A stretch of 64,000 nucleotides of DNA from Octopus sinensis (lineage: Eukaryota). A program made the translations under genes and the position numbers. A model generated the notes under the pieces. It saw only the letters and a program-made list of their open reading frames with translations. It ran no database searches and was not told the origin of the DNA. How positions within the stretch are numbered: the first letter of the stretch is position 1; every line of letters starts with the position of its first letter. This document shows, one piece after another, positions 25,140 through 38,814 of this stretch. Location of the stretch: the NCBI RefSeq assembly GCF_006345805.1, contig NC_042999.1, positions 54,436,001 to 54,500,000 of the forward strand, read 5' to 3'.

Positions 25140-26160
25140 TTAGTAGTAGTTAGTTAAATTGGCTCAAAAGCAAATACCACCAAGGCCATGTAGGGGGACA
25201 TGGAGTTAAGTACAGGGTGGTGTTCATGTAAAGAGTTCAGGCCACTTGAGGTCCAGGGAGGCTTTGAACAAAGCGGTCGTCGGCATCTTCACCATCTCGT
25301 CTGGCAGCTTGTTCCACGGATCCGCAACCCGGACGGAGGAGAAAGAAAGCTCCTCTCCTTCGATTGAGATGAAATCGTCGCAGGTAGAGCTTTTCGGAAT
25401 GACCCCGCAGCCGACGCTCCGGAGCAGGAGTGAAGAACAGCTCTTTCGAGAGGTTACATTTCCCGCTTATGGTGTTGTGGGCGAGAATGAGATCACCACG
25501 GCGGCGGCGTTTTTCAAGTGAATAAAGGTCGAGCGTCCTCAGCCTTTCTTCGTAGGACAAATTTTTGAGACCATGAACCATGCGGGTAGCCAGCCTCTGG
25601 ACTCTTTCGGGATGCTGTATGTCTTTGAGGAGATAAGGAGAAGAGGCTTGAATCCCATACTCCAATATGGGTCTCACCAGCGTGACATAGAGTGGTAGGA
25701 ATATGGCTGCTGTGAGCATTCCGAATGACCGTCGAATCAAAAACAGAATTCCGCGCGCTTTGTTGGCAGCATGGACGCACTGGGCCGAAGGCGAAAAGGA
25801 GGAATCCACCAAGATACCCAGGTGCTTTACCTGATCGGTCCTCTCCAGCAGCAGACGACCCGGCTCGAAATCAAGTTGAGTTGCAGGAGTAGAGCCGACA
25901 GGCAGATGACAGCACTTTGACACGTTCAGACACAGGTCCCAATCGTTAGACCACTTCCAAATTTGGTGGAGGCATCGACGAAGATCCTCTATACTACCGC
26001 GAGGAGCGACCAGTTTGATATCGTCGGCAAATAGAAGGGTGTGTTGCGTGAGGTCGTCGGGCAAGTCATTTATGAAGACTAAGAACAACAATGGCCCAAG
26101 CACTGAACCTTGAGGCACGCCACTGCTCGCACTGGAGACGTCGGACCGCGAACCATTAAC
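25140..26160 (-). mobile_element. CR1-group LINE, 5'-truncated, long open RT frame
   Basis: PQGSVLGPLLFLVFINDLPD, LLFADDIKL, LVRPILEY, LEKRRRRGDLI; 3' stem-loop CCATGT-CCCCCT-ACATGG and (ACT)-type tail. Confidence 0.9.
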
Positions 26161-26396
26161 TTGAACTTGGAGTATATATATACACGCACATATATATACA
26201 TATGTACATATACGTATATGTAATTATATAATATAGATATACATATACGTGTACGTACGTACGTACATACATACATACACACATACATACATACATACAT
26301 ACATACATACATACATACATACATACATACATACATACATGCATGCATGCATACATACATACATACATACATACATACATACATACATACATACAT

Positions 26397-27140
26397 AGTA
26401 ACTATGAATGGATATGTTACTAAAAAGCTCCGTGATGATAGTAACATCGATCATCAAAGCAGTCTATCATGGATGAATAGCCGGATTACTACCTCCCACT
26501 TTAAAGGATATGCGTTTTCAATCCAGAAACAGGAAACATCAACCAAGTACCTGATACACAAAAGGGATTGAGATGCAGGAAAAGCAGAGAAATGTGACAA
26601 CCGATACAGACTTTGTGGAAATAACACCGAGGATATCACCCACATCATAAACAGTTGTCCGAAAACGTCATCACGGTATAATCTACCGATGAGACATGAC
26701 GTTGTGGCTAGGACACTCCATAATGAAATCCATCTGATGGATAATCCCGAGGACAAAGAAATTAGAAGCCACAATATAGTAGAAGCCATTGCCACTCATA
26801 ATAAAAAAGGAATACTGGTGGAATGTAACAGTGTAAACCTCAATAAAATGTAAGCACAACGGACCTGATATAATGATTTGGGATAGAGAAGATAAATTGT
26901 GTACAATTGTGGAAATTAGCTGCCCAACGGATGTTAACATAAAGCTGAAGATCTGTGAAAAAGATAACACTTATGCTGAACGAATGAGGAATCTGCAGTT
27001 ACTCTACGCAGATTACGAGTTTAGGATTATACCTGTAATTATTGGGGACCTGGGATATGTAACACACTGCCTAAATACCAATCTTGCGAAATTAGGCTTC
27101 TCAAAACCAGAAAGGAGTAAGTTGATTCGAAGACTATAGA
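26397..27140 (+). mobile_element. Dong/R4-clade fragment, second copy
   Basis: Homologous to 11080-11840: RLCGNNTEDITHIINSCPK, RHDVVARTLHNEI, CTIVEISCPTD, IPVIIGDLGYV. Confidence 0.85.
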
Positions 27141-27169
27141 CCTAATATATATAGATCTAATATATGTGT

Positions 27170-27470
<301 letters not shown>

Positions 27471-28166
27471 TAGTGAGGGATTATCAATCTGGCCAAAATC
27501 CTCCATAAACTGTCTTTTGGCACACCAGGCTAATACAATTGTTTTGTTTAGTAACGAACTCCTAGTTTTCTATTCCTTCCCCTCTTACTTCCCCATCTTC
27601 ACTTTAATACTTCCCTTCCAAATCGTAACTTGTCTTCTTCTTTCCTCTTTATCTCTATTTCACTTGTCTCTTTCCTACTCTTTTCTCCCCCCCTCCACCC
27701 CACCTCCTTCAGTGTTCTGCTTTCTTCTAACGAGAAATGGCTCTGACGGAAGAAAGTCGCATTAATTTTCTTAGCTCGTTCAATTTGCCTGAATTGAGTA
27801 AACCTATCAGTAATGTACCTGTAATGACTACTGGAAACAGCTGTAAGCCAGCTTTAATCGAGAAAGGTGAAATATGTAATGACCATTATTTATACATACA
27901 GTCATAAGACTAATTATTAGCCAGACTCAGGTTAGAATTAGAAAAGAGACGCATGTCAATGAGAGGTCGCGAATATTGACGAAAGGACTTTCACAAACAA
28001 GCAACCGATTGATTGCTTGATGAACGCATTAAACAAACGATCGATTAGTTAGCTGGTTAGACATTTAACCAATTAACTAACAATGAAGAAGTGAAATTGA
28101 ACCAGTGCCTGTGTTATTACTTTTGGCGTAATAACCCTCCCGAGAAACAACAATACATATATTTAT

Positions 28167-28199
<33 letters not shown>

Positions 28200-28489
28200 C
28201 ATATATATATACACACACACTCGTGTGTGTGTGTGTTATACATATGCACATAGGATGTCAAAAATCTCCTACATTTTACATGTTAACAAATATTTCAATC
28301 CCAAATGCACGGTACACAACAGTCTAAACCATAGCGATAACTAAAACAAAATATAAAAGAACGATGAAACATTAGCTGCATGCACACCCTGTTACCACCT
28401 ACTTATCTCTGCTAGAGCCACAGCAATGGCCGTGTAAAATATAGGACGAGTTTCGTTGCACTCTCTATAAATGTATATAATATATGTAT

Positions 28490-28705
28490 ACTCTTACTCT
28501 TTACTCTTTTACTTGTTTCAGTCATTTGACTGCGGCTATGCTGGAGCACCGCCTTTTAGTCGAGCAAATCGACCCCGGGACTTATTCTTTGTAAGCCCAG
28601 TACTTATTCTATCGGTCTCTTTTGCCGAACCGCTAAGTGACGGGGACGTAAACACACCAGCATCGGTTGTCAAGCAATGCTAGGGGGACAAACAAAGACA
28701 CACAA

Positions 28706-28758
<53 letters not shown>

Positions 28759-28922
28759 CGACAGGCTTCTTTCAGTTTCCGTCTACCAAATCCACTCACA
28801 AGGCATTGGTCGGTCCGGGGCTATAGCAGAAGACATTTGCCCAAGATGCCACGCAGTGGGACTGAACTCGGAACCATGTGGTTGGTAAGCAAGCTACTTA
28901 CCACACAACCACCCATGCGCCT
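28490..28922 (-). mobile_element. SINE family B, full length
   Basis: tRNA head, internal (TA/TG) tract, GTAAAAGAGTA-type tail. Confidence 0.9.
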
Positions 28923-29288
28923 ATCTAAAAATTAGAAGTAGATGTTTAGCCTACATCAAAAGCAGAATCTTACTTTCACAAGCAAAGAACAGATAATGAT
29001 TTTGTATGGACTTTAAGATACTAATTTAACCTAATTGAATTCCTATAAGGTTTGCTGACGATGAAATCCCTGTCCGATTTAATTTCATTTAAGTAGAATT
29101 AAAGAGATTTAAATTAGGCGTGAAATTAAAATTGCAACGCCGAATATATCTGTTTCAAGATATTCTCTTCCAAATATTTAATTTAGGGGCTTAAATAATT
29201 TATTGCAGTCTCAGAGAATCCTAGAGTTACGCTTGAGTTCACAAATAATGTTTATTTTTAAGTTAATCAGATGGGGGCGGTACAGTTC

Positions 29289-29573
29289 TCATGACTTTCG
29301 GAGTGCTCGGTTATGTGACATTGAGGTCGTAGTTGTGTCAGTATCTCCAAGGATAACATGGGGTGGGAAAGGGGGAAAACTGTCTAGTCTGATCGCTTCC
29401 AGTTCTTTTAAAAGTACCCAAGAACTATATAGGGGTATTAAACAGAGCCGTGTATAGGATGCACTATTCATTCTTTCCTCCTCATCATCCTCTTCATCTT
29501 CATCCTCATACTCCTCGTCAGTAAAACTACGATGAGCTATGAAATATTGCCTATAGTATTCAGTTCGTCGGCC
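29289..29573 (-). CDS. candidate terminal exon [43 protein letters not shown]...RKS*, unidentified
   Basis: 95-codon open frame after a (TC)n tract and CAG acceptor at 29576-29574 (alternative AG at 29580-29579); the acidic run uses mixed GAT/GAA/GAG codons. Confidence 0.45.
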   Translation of the reverse strand, partial: GRRTEYYRQYFIAHRSFTDEEYEDEDEEDDEEERMNSASYTRLCLIPLYSSWVLLKELEAIRLDSFPPFPPHVILGDTDTTTTSMSHNRALRKS

Positions 29574-29583
29574 CTGGACTTAT

Positions 29584-29633
<50 letters not shown>

Positions 29634-29638
29634 GATAG

Positions 29639-29677
<39 letters not shown>

Positions 29678-29684
29678 TAAATAA

Positions 29685-29737
<53 letters not shown>

Positions 29738-29762
29738 TAAATAGATAGATAGACAGATAGAC

Positions 29763-29829
<67 letters not shown>

Positions 29830-29876
29830 TTGATAAATAGATAGATGTATATATATGTGATATATATATATATATT

Positions 29877-29908
<32 letters not shown>

Positions 29909-30800
29909 TGTATGTATGTATGTATGTATGTATGTATGTATGTATACAGAAGCACAATTAAAGGTTACGAACGCTACATATCTGGAATCTTTAAATTAAA
30001 TTTTGTCCAGTAGTTCTTTATCTTTATTAGTCTAGCTCAATAATAAATTTTTAAGGGGTGAAAGGTAATATAAGTCTTTACTCATTTATTTATTTTTCTC
30101 TCTCTATTTTCACTCTTTACTCTATTTTGATTTATTTATTTTACTTTATTCTTGTTTTTATTTTATAATTTTAATGTACCCTAACATTAAGTTAATATAG
30201 TTATTAGTCTTTTCACCCTTTCGATATTTATAATAAGTAATAGATTGCCTGAATTTTCCTCCACTTTAATTAAATATTAATAACTATATACACTTGAATT
30301 AAACCCTACATGCTAATTTTATATTGATTTAATAAGGATAGACATAATAGCACAATATGACCTTTTTACCAATTGTATCTACTTCAGCTTTCTTATACCT
30401 AACACCCCAGATGAATATATTGTTATATTCTTACTTTACAACTCCAGTATACACAACCTTACTCCCCTTCTATGGTCTCTACCATTTCTTACACTCTGTT
30501 CTGTATGTCTAAATCTTATCAGTTAATGCCTTGCAGCCGTTTACTCAACATGCAGAAATTGAACACCTATTTTGTATATCTTTACCTCTCAAGAGATTCG
30601 ACTTTCAAATAGCTTTTAATTTAGTTAATTAATTTTCTGAAGATCTGGAATTGAAACAGCTGTAAGGGATCTTAGTCAGTTTTTTAATTACTAAATAAGA
30701 ATTTATTAATTACCTCTCTATTTTCTCATCTTATTATATATATATATACACACACATACATACGTGCATATAAATATATACATACATATATACTTACGAG

Positions 30801-30824
<24 letters not shown>

Positions 30825-30835
<11 letters not shown>

Positions 30836-31159
30836 TTAGAGACAAAACCACTATTTTGCAAATCAAACCAAGAAAGACTTAATCCAATACATAAAAAAAT
30901 TTAATATAAATTAAATAAAATTAAATTCGCCACTACAATTGTTTCGTGTCTCTTCAAAGGACATTCATCAGGTGGATTTCAGATCTTAAAATTGAATAGA
31001 AGATCTGAAATCCACCTGATGAATGTCCTTGAAGAGACACGAAACAATTGTAGTGGCGAATTTAATTTTATTAATTTATATTAAATTTTTTATGTATTGG
31101 ATTAAGTCTTTCTTTGTTTGATTTGCAAAATAGTGGTTTTGTCTCTAATTAATATTATA
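30825..31159. repeat. inverted repeat, about 160-bp arms, 12-bp spacer, with an HHR in each arm
   Basis: 30825-30987 versus 31000-31159, a few differences. Confidence 0.92.
31012..31056 (+). ncRNA. minimal hammerhead motif (mirror copy on the minus strand at 30930-30975)
   Basis: CCAC-CTGATGA-ATGTC(CTTGAAGA)GACAC-GAAAC-AATT-GTA-GTGG; palindromic ACAATTGT stem III, GUA triplet. Confidence 0.72.
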
Positions 31160-31229
31160 AATATTTTACTATAAAATTGGATTCTCCTAAATCTGATTTT
31201 TCCCTGTAAATTTGGATTTTCCCTAATAT

Positions 31230-31297
<68 letters not shown>

Positions 31298-31565
31298 ATA
31301 TATATATTAATTGTAAGATCCAGGGATCAAAGTGTAAGGAATTTGTAAGCTTCGAGCAGTCCGTGAGAGATATGAGTTCCTATGAATGCGAATATAAATC
31401 TTAATATTCTAGATTAAAAATGAACTTCGTTTATCCAAATTTTGAAAAATGAAAGAAGAAAAAAACCGCATTATTTATGGTATGATGAAACATATATATT
31501 ATATAATACATACATATATATATTATATAATATATATATTATATTATATATATATTATATATATA

Positions 31566-31596
<31 letters not shown>

Positions 31597-31623
31597 ATAT
31601 CTATATACATACATATAGATATA

Positions 31624-31664
<41 letters not shown>

Positions 31665-31789
31665 GTTGTGTGTGTGTGTGTGTGTTGTGTGTGTAACATA
31701 TAATAGGTATACATAGGTATACATAGGTATATATAGGTATATATATAGTATGATACATTAATTGCTGACACATTTATGTATGTAATATG

Positions 31790-32175
31790 TATGCCGAACG
31801 CATGGCACTGTATTCAGTCCCAATGCGTGGCACCTTGGGTAAATATCTTCTACTATAGCCTCAGGTCGACCAAACCTTTGTGAGTGGACTCAGTAGATGG
31901 AAACTGAAAGGCGCCCGTTTCGTGTGAGTGTGTGCGTGCGTGTGTGTGTGTGTCTGTGTTTATGTGTATGTGAGAGTATGTATCTGTGTTTGTCTCCCAC
32001 CACCGCTTGACGACCGTGGTGGTGTGTTTACGTCCCTGTAACTTACCAGTTATGCAAAAGAGATCGATAGAATAAGTAGTAGGCTTCAAAAAATATAAAT
32101 CCTAGGGTGGATTTGTTCCACTAAATCCCTTCAGCATGGCCGCAGTCAAATGACTGAAGCAAGTAAAAAATGAAA
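31790..32175 (+). mobile_element. SINE family B, diverged
   Basis: GCGTGGCACCTTGGGTAAAT...CAGCATGGCCGCAGTCAAATGACTGA. Confidence 0.82.
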
Positions 32176-32407
32176 GGTATAGATGCATCAATATATATAT
32201 ATATATATATCGCTTACTGGCTAGATCATCATCAAGTTTTTACCTCGCCTGTTTATACCTGTTTAAAATTTTATCTGAGGATGGTGGATTATATGTTATG
32301 ATGTAATCTATAAATGCGTCAATAAAATTCTATCAAAACAGCTGCAGTATATGTTCAACCACATTTGTGATCGTTTTTATATAAATGTATGCACTTACAT
32401 ATGGATG

Positions 32408-32790
32408 GAAGCACTCCGTCGGTTACGACGACGAGGGTTCCGGTTGATCCGAATCAACGGAACAGCCAGCTCGTGAAATTAACGTGTAAGTGGCTGAGCA
32501 CTCCACAGACACATGTACCCTTAACGTAGTTCTCGGGGATATTCAGCGTGACACAGAGAGTGACAAAGCCGGCCCTTTGAAATACAGGTACAACAGAAAC
32601 AGGAAGTAGGAGTGAGAGAAAGTTGTGGTGAAAGAGTACAGCAGGGATCACCACCATCCCCTGCCGGAGCCTCGTGGAGCTTTGGGTGTTTTCGCTCAAT
32701 AAACACTCACAACGCCCGGTCTGGGAATCGAAACTGCGATCCTACGACCGCGAGTCCGCTGTCCTAACCACTGGGCCATTGCGCCTCCAC
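32408..32790 (-). mobile_element. SINE family C (tRNA-Arg-like head), full length
   Basis: Minus-strand head GGCGCAATGGCCCAGTGGTTAGG...GTTTCGATTCCC; body shared with 47870-48066. Confidence 0.88.
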
Positions 32791-33135
32791 ATGCACTTAC
32801 ATATATTTGTTATATGGCAATTGGTGAACATTAACACTGTCAATTACTGCCTCACGACGGCTTATCTAATGGTTTTTATGCTTTTATGACAAGATCGATC
32901 GAACCTGCATCTACATGTCGGCAAAACAAACTTGCTAACCACTCAGCCACTGCGAGAAAGGAAAGCTTTTTACAATTACTACAACAAACTAATCATGTCT
33001 TCAACTTGTCACTTAAAATATCAGCTGTTTATATCATCTTGTATAACTTAGCTGAAAGTTTCTAACCGTGGCCATAACCCAGTAACCTCCTCCTCCTGAT
33101 CACCAACACCACCCATGCTACTAACCTCCTCTTCC

Positions 33136-33174
<39 letters not shown>

Positions 33175-33813
33175 ACACTATCGTATTCCAATCCCAAATT
33201 TTTTGATAAATGATTTATTAATAACCCAATTTGTGTCCTAAAATGGATATGATCCTCATTTTTCAAACTTACACCCGTACTTACAGATATATATATTATA
33301 TATATATGTGTGCATGTATATATGTATATAATATGCATGTATATACATACATGCATCTATGTATATACATACATTCATATGTATGTATATATATATACAT
33401 ACATGCATACACCAATGCAAGCACATTTACCCATATACATACAAGCATATACATGTGTGTATGTGCACGTGTGTGTGCGTCTGTGGATGGGTGTATATAA
33501 TGCGTATGTTTATACTTTGAATAACAGTCTGAAGTTTTTCAATAAAATACCACTATATTCTACACTTGATTTGGGAGCGCTATACTCTCCACCACCTTTT
33601 GCAGGTATGTGCTCGGATATGTATAATATAAACACACACGCACACGCACATTAATCAATTAATTCGCAATTAATGTGGAGTCATGTTTAAATATCCTCTC
33701 ACTAGCCTGCGTTCAATCGCATGTATTTAAAGGTTTTTTTGGTAGCTTCGTAATGTTTGGGTATTAATCCAGTATGCAGGATATAAGTCTTGTCTTGATT
33801 TCCTTCCTTAAAA

Positions 33814-33858
<45 letters not shown>

Positions 33859-33890
33859 TATATAAATATTAATTATATACATACATACAT

Positions 33891-33934
<44 letters not shown>

Positions 33935-33976
33935 CAAAATATATATATGTATATATATATATATATATATAATATA

Positions 33977-34007
<31 letters not shown>

Positions 34008-34018
34008 TATAATATATA

Positions 34019-34093
<75 letters not shown>

Positions 34094-34096
<3 letters not shown>

Positions 34097-34505
34097 CGCA
34101 GGAGTGGCTGTGTGGTAAGTAGCTTGTTTACCAACCACATGGTTCCGGGTTCAGTCCCACTGCGTGGCACCTTGGGCAAGTGTCTTCTACTATAGCCTCG
34201 GGCTGACCAAAGCCTTGTGAGTGGATTTGGTAGACGGAAACTGAAACAAGCCCGTCGTATATATGTATATATATATATGCGTGTGTGTGTCTGTGTGTCT
34301 GTGTTTGTCCCCCTAGCATTGCTTGACAACTGGTGCTGGTGTGTTTACGTTCCCGTCACTTAGCAAAAGAGACCGAAAGAATAAGTACTGGGCTTACAAA
34401 AGAATAAGTCCCGGGGTCGAGTTGTTCGATTAAAGGCGGTGCTCCAGCATGGCCGCAGTCAAATGACTGAAACAAGTAAAAGATTAAAAGAGTAAGAGAG
34501 TAATA
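34094..34505 (+). mobile_element. SINE family B, full length
   Basis: A box TGGCTGTGTGG, B box GGTTCAGTCCC, conserved body and tail. Confidence 0.9.
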
Positions 34506-34671
34506 TACAAATAAGAAAATGGAGGAACAAATTCATTTCAATCATTAACTTACAAATATTACCATTTCATATTATTTATTAACTATATAAATAGGAACAT
34601 CCAAATCGAACAAAACAATATACATCAATATGCAGGATAATAATACCATAAGAATAATACACATAAAATGG

Positions 34672-34797
34672 TCCTTACAGCTGTTTCAGCCTATAGATAA
34701 AAGTATCTGATTCTGCCTATATGAGTCAGATGTATTGAGGTAATATGCAGTTAAAAATGAGGTACTTATATATATAACTGAAGGCCTCGTCAGAAGT
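34672..34797 (-). ncRNA. hammerhead motif with an 89-nt stem II insert
   Basis: Minus strand CTT-CTGACGA-GGCCT[89 nt]AGGCT-GAAAC-AGCT-GTA-AGG; palindromic ACAGCTGT stem III. Confidence 0.6.
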
Positions 34798-36386
34798 TAT
34801 AAAGTACAATTATAAAAATGTAAATATAAAGATGAAACAAAATACACATACATTTGGATATATATATACATAAGTGCTTATATATATATACATATATATA
34901 AGTATATATATAAAAATATACATACACATAAGGTTACGTATAATTAATTATATGTACTGGAATATACATATACACCCATATCCATAAGTACATATACAAT
35001 GTTCATTACATTACCAATATTATTATTATTATTATTAATATTAATATTAGATTGTGTGCACTCTGTTATTCACAATACATATTAAATGAAATATACAACA
35101 TAGAATATAGTATAATATAATATAATATAATCTATAGACAGATGTTTATGAAAGATGCAAGCTGGGTTACCCTCATAACCCCTATCTTACTTTGTACTAT
35201 ATATATATTTATATATATTATATATATATATATATTATATATATATATATATCTTTTTACTACTAATCTTTTCTGAAAGACAAAGGCTCGAAACGTTAAA
35301 CACTTCTATTTTTCCTGAGCTTTAAATACACCCTGTTTGTTGTTCTGTCACCTATTAGTGTTTTTCTGTATATTTTATGATTATATATATGTGTGTGTAA
35401 AGACATATATGGGGCGAATAGGTGAGGGTAAGCATACATATGTACATATGCTTCTATGTTTGTATGCATATTTGTATACACATGCGTAAGGAGGGGTCAC
35501 CAGTGTATCGACCTCCAAAAGGGAAAAGCATAGGTTATATTGGTGTTGGATCCAGTGGAGGGGAATAAAATATGGGTGATCAACGAAGGAGACAGATGTG
35601 AATTGGAATTAGCTGATGCATGGTAGCCCGAGATTAGTCGACTTCCAGGAACCAAGAACACTATTTTCACCAACACAATATTGTGTTGGTCAATGACTGC
35701 ATGCCACTCATTTAAGCAGTCTTTGTTTGAATCGGTCTCAGAAGTCTACATCTACATGTGTGTGTGTAGAACGAGTAAAGCAATGTCATTCATCCATGGT
35801 CGTATTCTTCATTGCATAACTGCTTCTTGCAATGCGTTTTAACCCTTCCATTTGGGCGGGATTTCAAAGTACTCGTCCCGCTGTTAACCTTGGACAGAAC
35901 AATTTTGTTTCAATTTGTTTTGTTCATCACATATTTTGCCGGTGATTTAATCTGGGTGGTGATGCTTTATCTTGTATTTCTTAATCCACGATTAGTGTAA
36001 ACACAGGTAACTTATATTAAACAAACACAATTAAATTTTACCAATTCGTCAATGCTTTACTAAAGCAATAACCTTTAATGTTTTTGCTATTTGTCTTTGA
36101 ATTTGTTTTTGGTTGTTCGATCAACAGGATTAGTTTATTTTTTTAAGTAATGACATCTATTGTTAAAAGTTCCATTTCTGCTTCATTTTCCTGATTCTAA
36201 ATCATTTTCCTTTTTCTACTTCGTGTCTTTCTTAACTATTATAATTGTTACATAATAATTAATATTATTATAGCTGTTAATATTAAACCCACACGTTAAA
36301 TCAATTTTATCTCTCTCACACACACACGCGCACAAATACAGACACCTACATATGAACGTTAGGAAATCATTGTAATTTGTACGTAT

Positions 36387-36462
<76 letters not shown>

Positions 36463-36468
36463 TATATA

Positions 36469-36743
36469 CTGTTGTGTCTGGGGAGAGTCATTTTCTTTTT
36501 GTGCCTTATTATTTAACACACTCACCGGTAAAATTTTCACTTTTTTCTTATTTTTATTGTCCTAAAATTTTCGTTGCGTCTTGCAAACTTTTCAATAGTT
36601 TTAGAGACTCAAAACTATTGAAAAGTTTGCAAGACGCAACGAAAATTTTAGGACAATAAAAATAGGAAAAAGTGAAAATTTTACCGGTGAGTGTGTTAAA
36701 TAATAAGGCACAAAAAGAGAATGACACTCCCCAGACACAACAG
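36469..36743. repeat. inverted repeat, about 134-bp arms, 8-bp spacer
   Basis: 36469-36602 versus 36611-36743, about 4-5 differences. Confidence 0.92.
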
Positions 36744-36806
36744 AATATGCTTCAACACACGAACTCATATAAATAATTTTGCAAAACAAATCCAAAGACG
36801 AAATAT

Positions 36807-36885
<79 letters not shown>

Positions 36886-38814
36886 TTATGTGTAGGAGAT
36901 GGGTTAAAACAAATTGGTGTCAGCAAAGCGCTTATCCCTAATTGGTTAAACTAAAGTTATTTTGAATGATAAAATAATGTAAGGCAGACAAACGCTGACA
37001 GATGTCGCTTTTGTATGTCGACATAATCTCGCTTTAACTTTTCTTCTAACAGTCTGTCATTGATAAATGATAGAATCTTTACTAAATCCTTCACTCTCAG
37101 TCGAGAAATGTTCAAAAATATCTCGACGAAACAATATATTTTATTCAAGATCTTTTAGAGTGAAGATATTTTCGGCTCCCTGTCAAAATTCCTCGCTAAA
37201 CTGGTTCCCATTTGAAACTCATCCGAAACATTTTTTTTTTTCTGCTATGGTTCTTTGCTTGTTTGTTTTTGTTTTTTTTTTGCAATGATATCAAAATCTT
37301 TATCACTTATTTAACGGATTCTTAGCCCAGGCTTTATGTCAATGGTGTGTGTGTGTGAGTGTGTGTGTTAGAGGGAGAAATAGAAACGTGAAAGAGAAGA
37401 TACGAGATACAAAGAAACCTTAAAAAAAGTAGAGAGAGAAGGTAAGAAAGAGAGAGAAAAGTGAAAGAAAGAGAATGAGAAAGCATTGAGCATATGTTGC
37501 TAATAAACTTCAATGTTACCTCATTAGCAATTTGGTTGCGTTGGCGATAGAAGTAGAAACCAACAACCAGAAGAAAAGAATAGAAGAAAACAACAGAAAA
37601 AGTGTTTCTAAATTGAATTTGGGTCTCGTTTTATATCTTTCGTTTGTTTGTTTATCTTAGAAATGATTTTTTTAAGAAAAAGCATAAAAAATAAAGAACT
37701 CTCTCATTTTCTACCCCCCTCTCTCTCTTTCTCTCTCTTTCTCTCATCATCCTCAATCCTGATAATTCACCCGAGACATTTCTTGTGAGTTTATTTTATT
37801 ATTGGTTTTACTAAACATTTTTCCTACCATACTCCCTCCACAGTCTATCTGAAAATTCTATTTCAGTTGTTTACCATTTTTTCTGCCAGCAGAATTACGC
37901 CATTGCATTGGCAGCACCCTTAGAATGTCAGATGAAATCCCTTAGAAAGTATTTAGTTACGTTTTCTTAAGTTTTTAGTTCAAATCCCGCTGTAGTCGAT
38001 ATTGTCTTACATACCCCTTGGGTTGATAAAATAAATGTACCAGTCAACTAACTGGGTCTTCACCTCATTCTTACAGTGCACGGTTTTTTCTAGCCAAGGG
38101 GTGGGGCAGTGGCTTATGCAACTTCTATTCATGTCACCAATGTCGTAACTTTTGTTGATTTTTGTTCAGATACAGATCATCTCTGACTGAACAGACGTGA
38201 CCTTCCTATCGATTCTTCAAACAGTTAATCGAATAGTTTTTTTTTTCTTGCTTCCCTGTCTTTCAGCAGAGCGGTCAGTCTACGGTCGCCATGTTCTATG
38301 AGTTCCTCGGACAGTTTTTGTAGCACTCAAAAAGCGGTTACTAACCTTTACATCCCGCCACCTTCCATTTCTTCGAAGTTAACCTTTTCCCTCACTATCC
38401 CGACAACGATTTACTCTCAGAGTAGCAGAACCGGTTCTGAAAGATTAAGAAAGACAAAAAAATTAATGCCATTACTTGAACTGGTATTTTATGGATCTCT
38501 AGAGGAACAAAAGGCAAAGTGGGCTTTCGTGGGATTTGAGCTCAGGACGTAGTACTGCAAAGTAGTGGTACTACACTAACAGTTATGCCGATCGACAACC
38601 TTTATCACGCTTTTGTATGTCCTCTTTCTTTTTATATTCTATGTTGTGAATTGAGAAAACTCCTGAAATTAATTGTAGCAAAAATTAATTACATATTAAT
38701 TATATTTTTCTTTATCACAAGGCCTCACAAGACCAGTTACCTGGTTTCCGTTGCGTATAAGTGACCGAGTTCACAACATTCTCCCCTGAACGGGCCACCG
38801 GTCCCTTACAGGGT

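Noticed and set aside
29055-29090. CTGACGA followed by a TGAAAT/ATTTCA stem
   Set aside because: No GAAA after the stem, so the HHR core is incomplete
33048-33270. Acidic minus-strand ORF (YDSVDDDD...EEEEV)
   Set aside because: The acidic run is a pure (GAT)n microsatellite, common in this window, and the splice context is unconvincing
35490-35745. 83-codon minus-strand open frame (TSETDSNKDCLNEW...)
   Set aside because: No pyrimidine tract at the putative acceptor and no recognisable domain
38200-38552. ORF 38298-38552 and nearby acceptor-like sites on both strands
   Set aside because: No consistent open exon, and the ORF runs into a degenerate SINE
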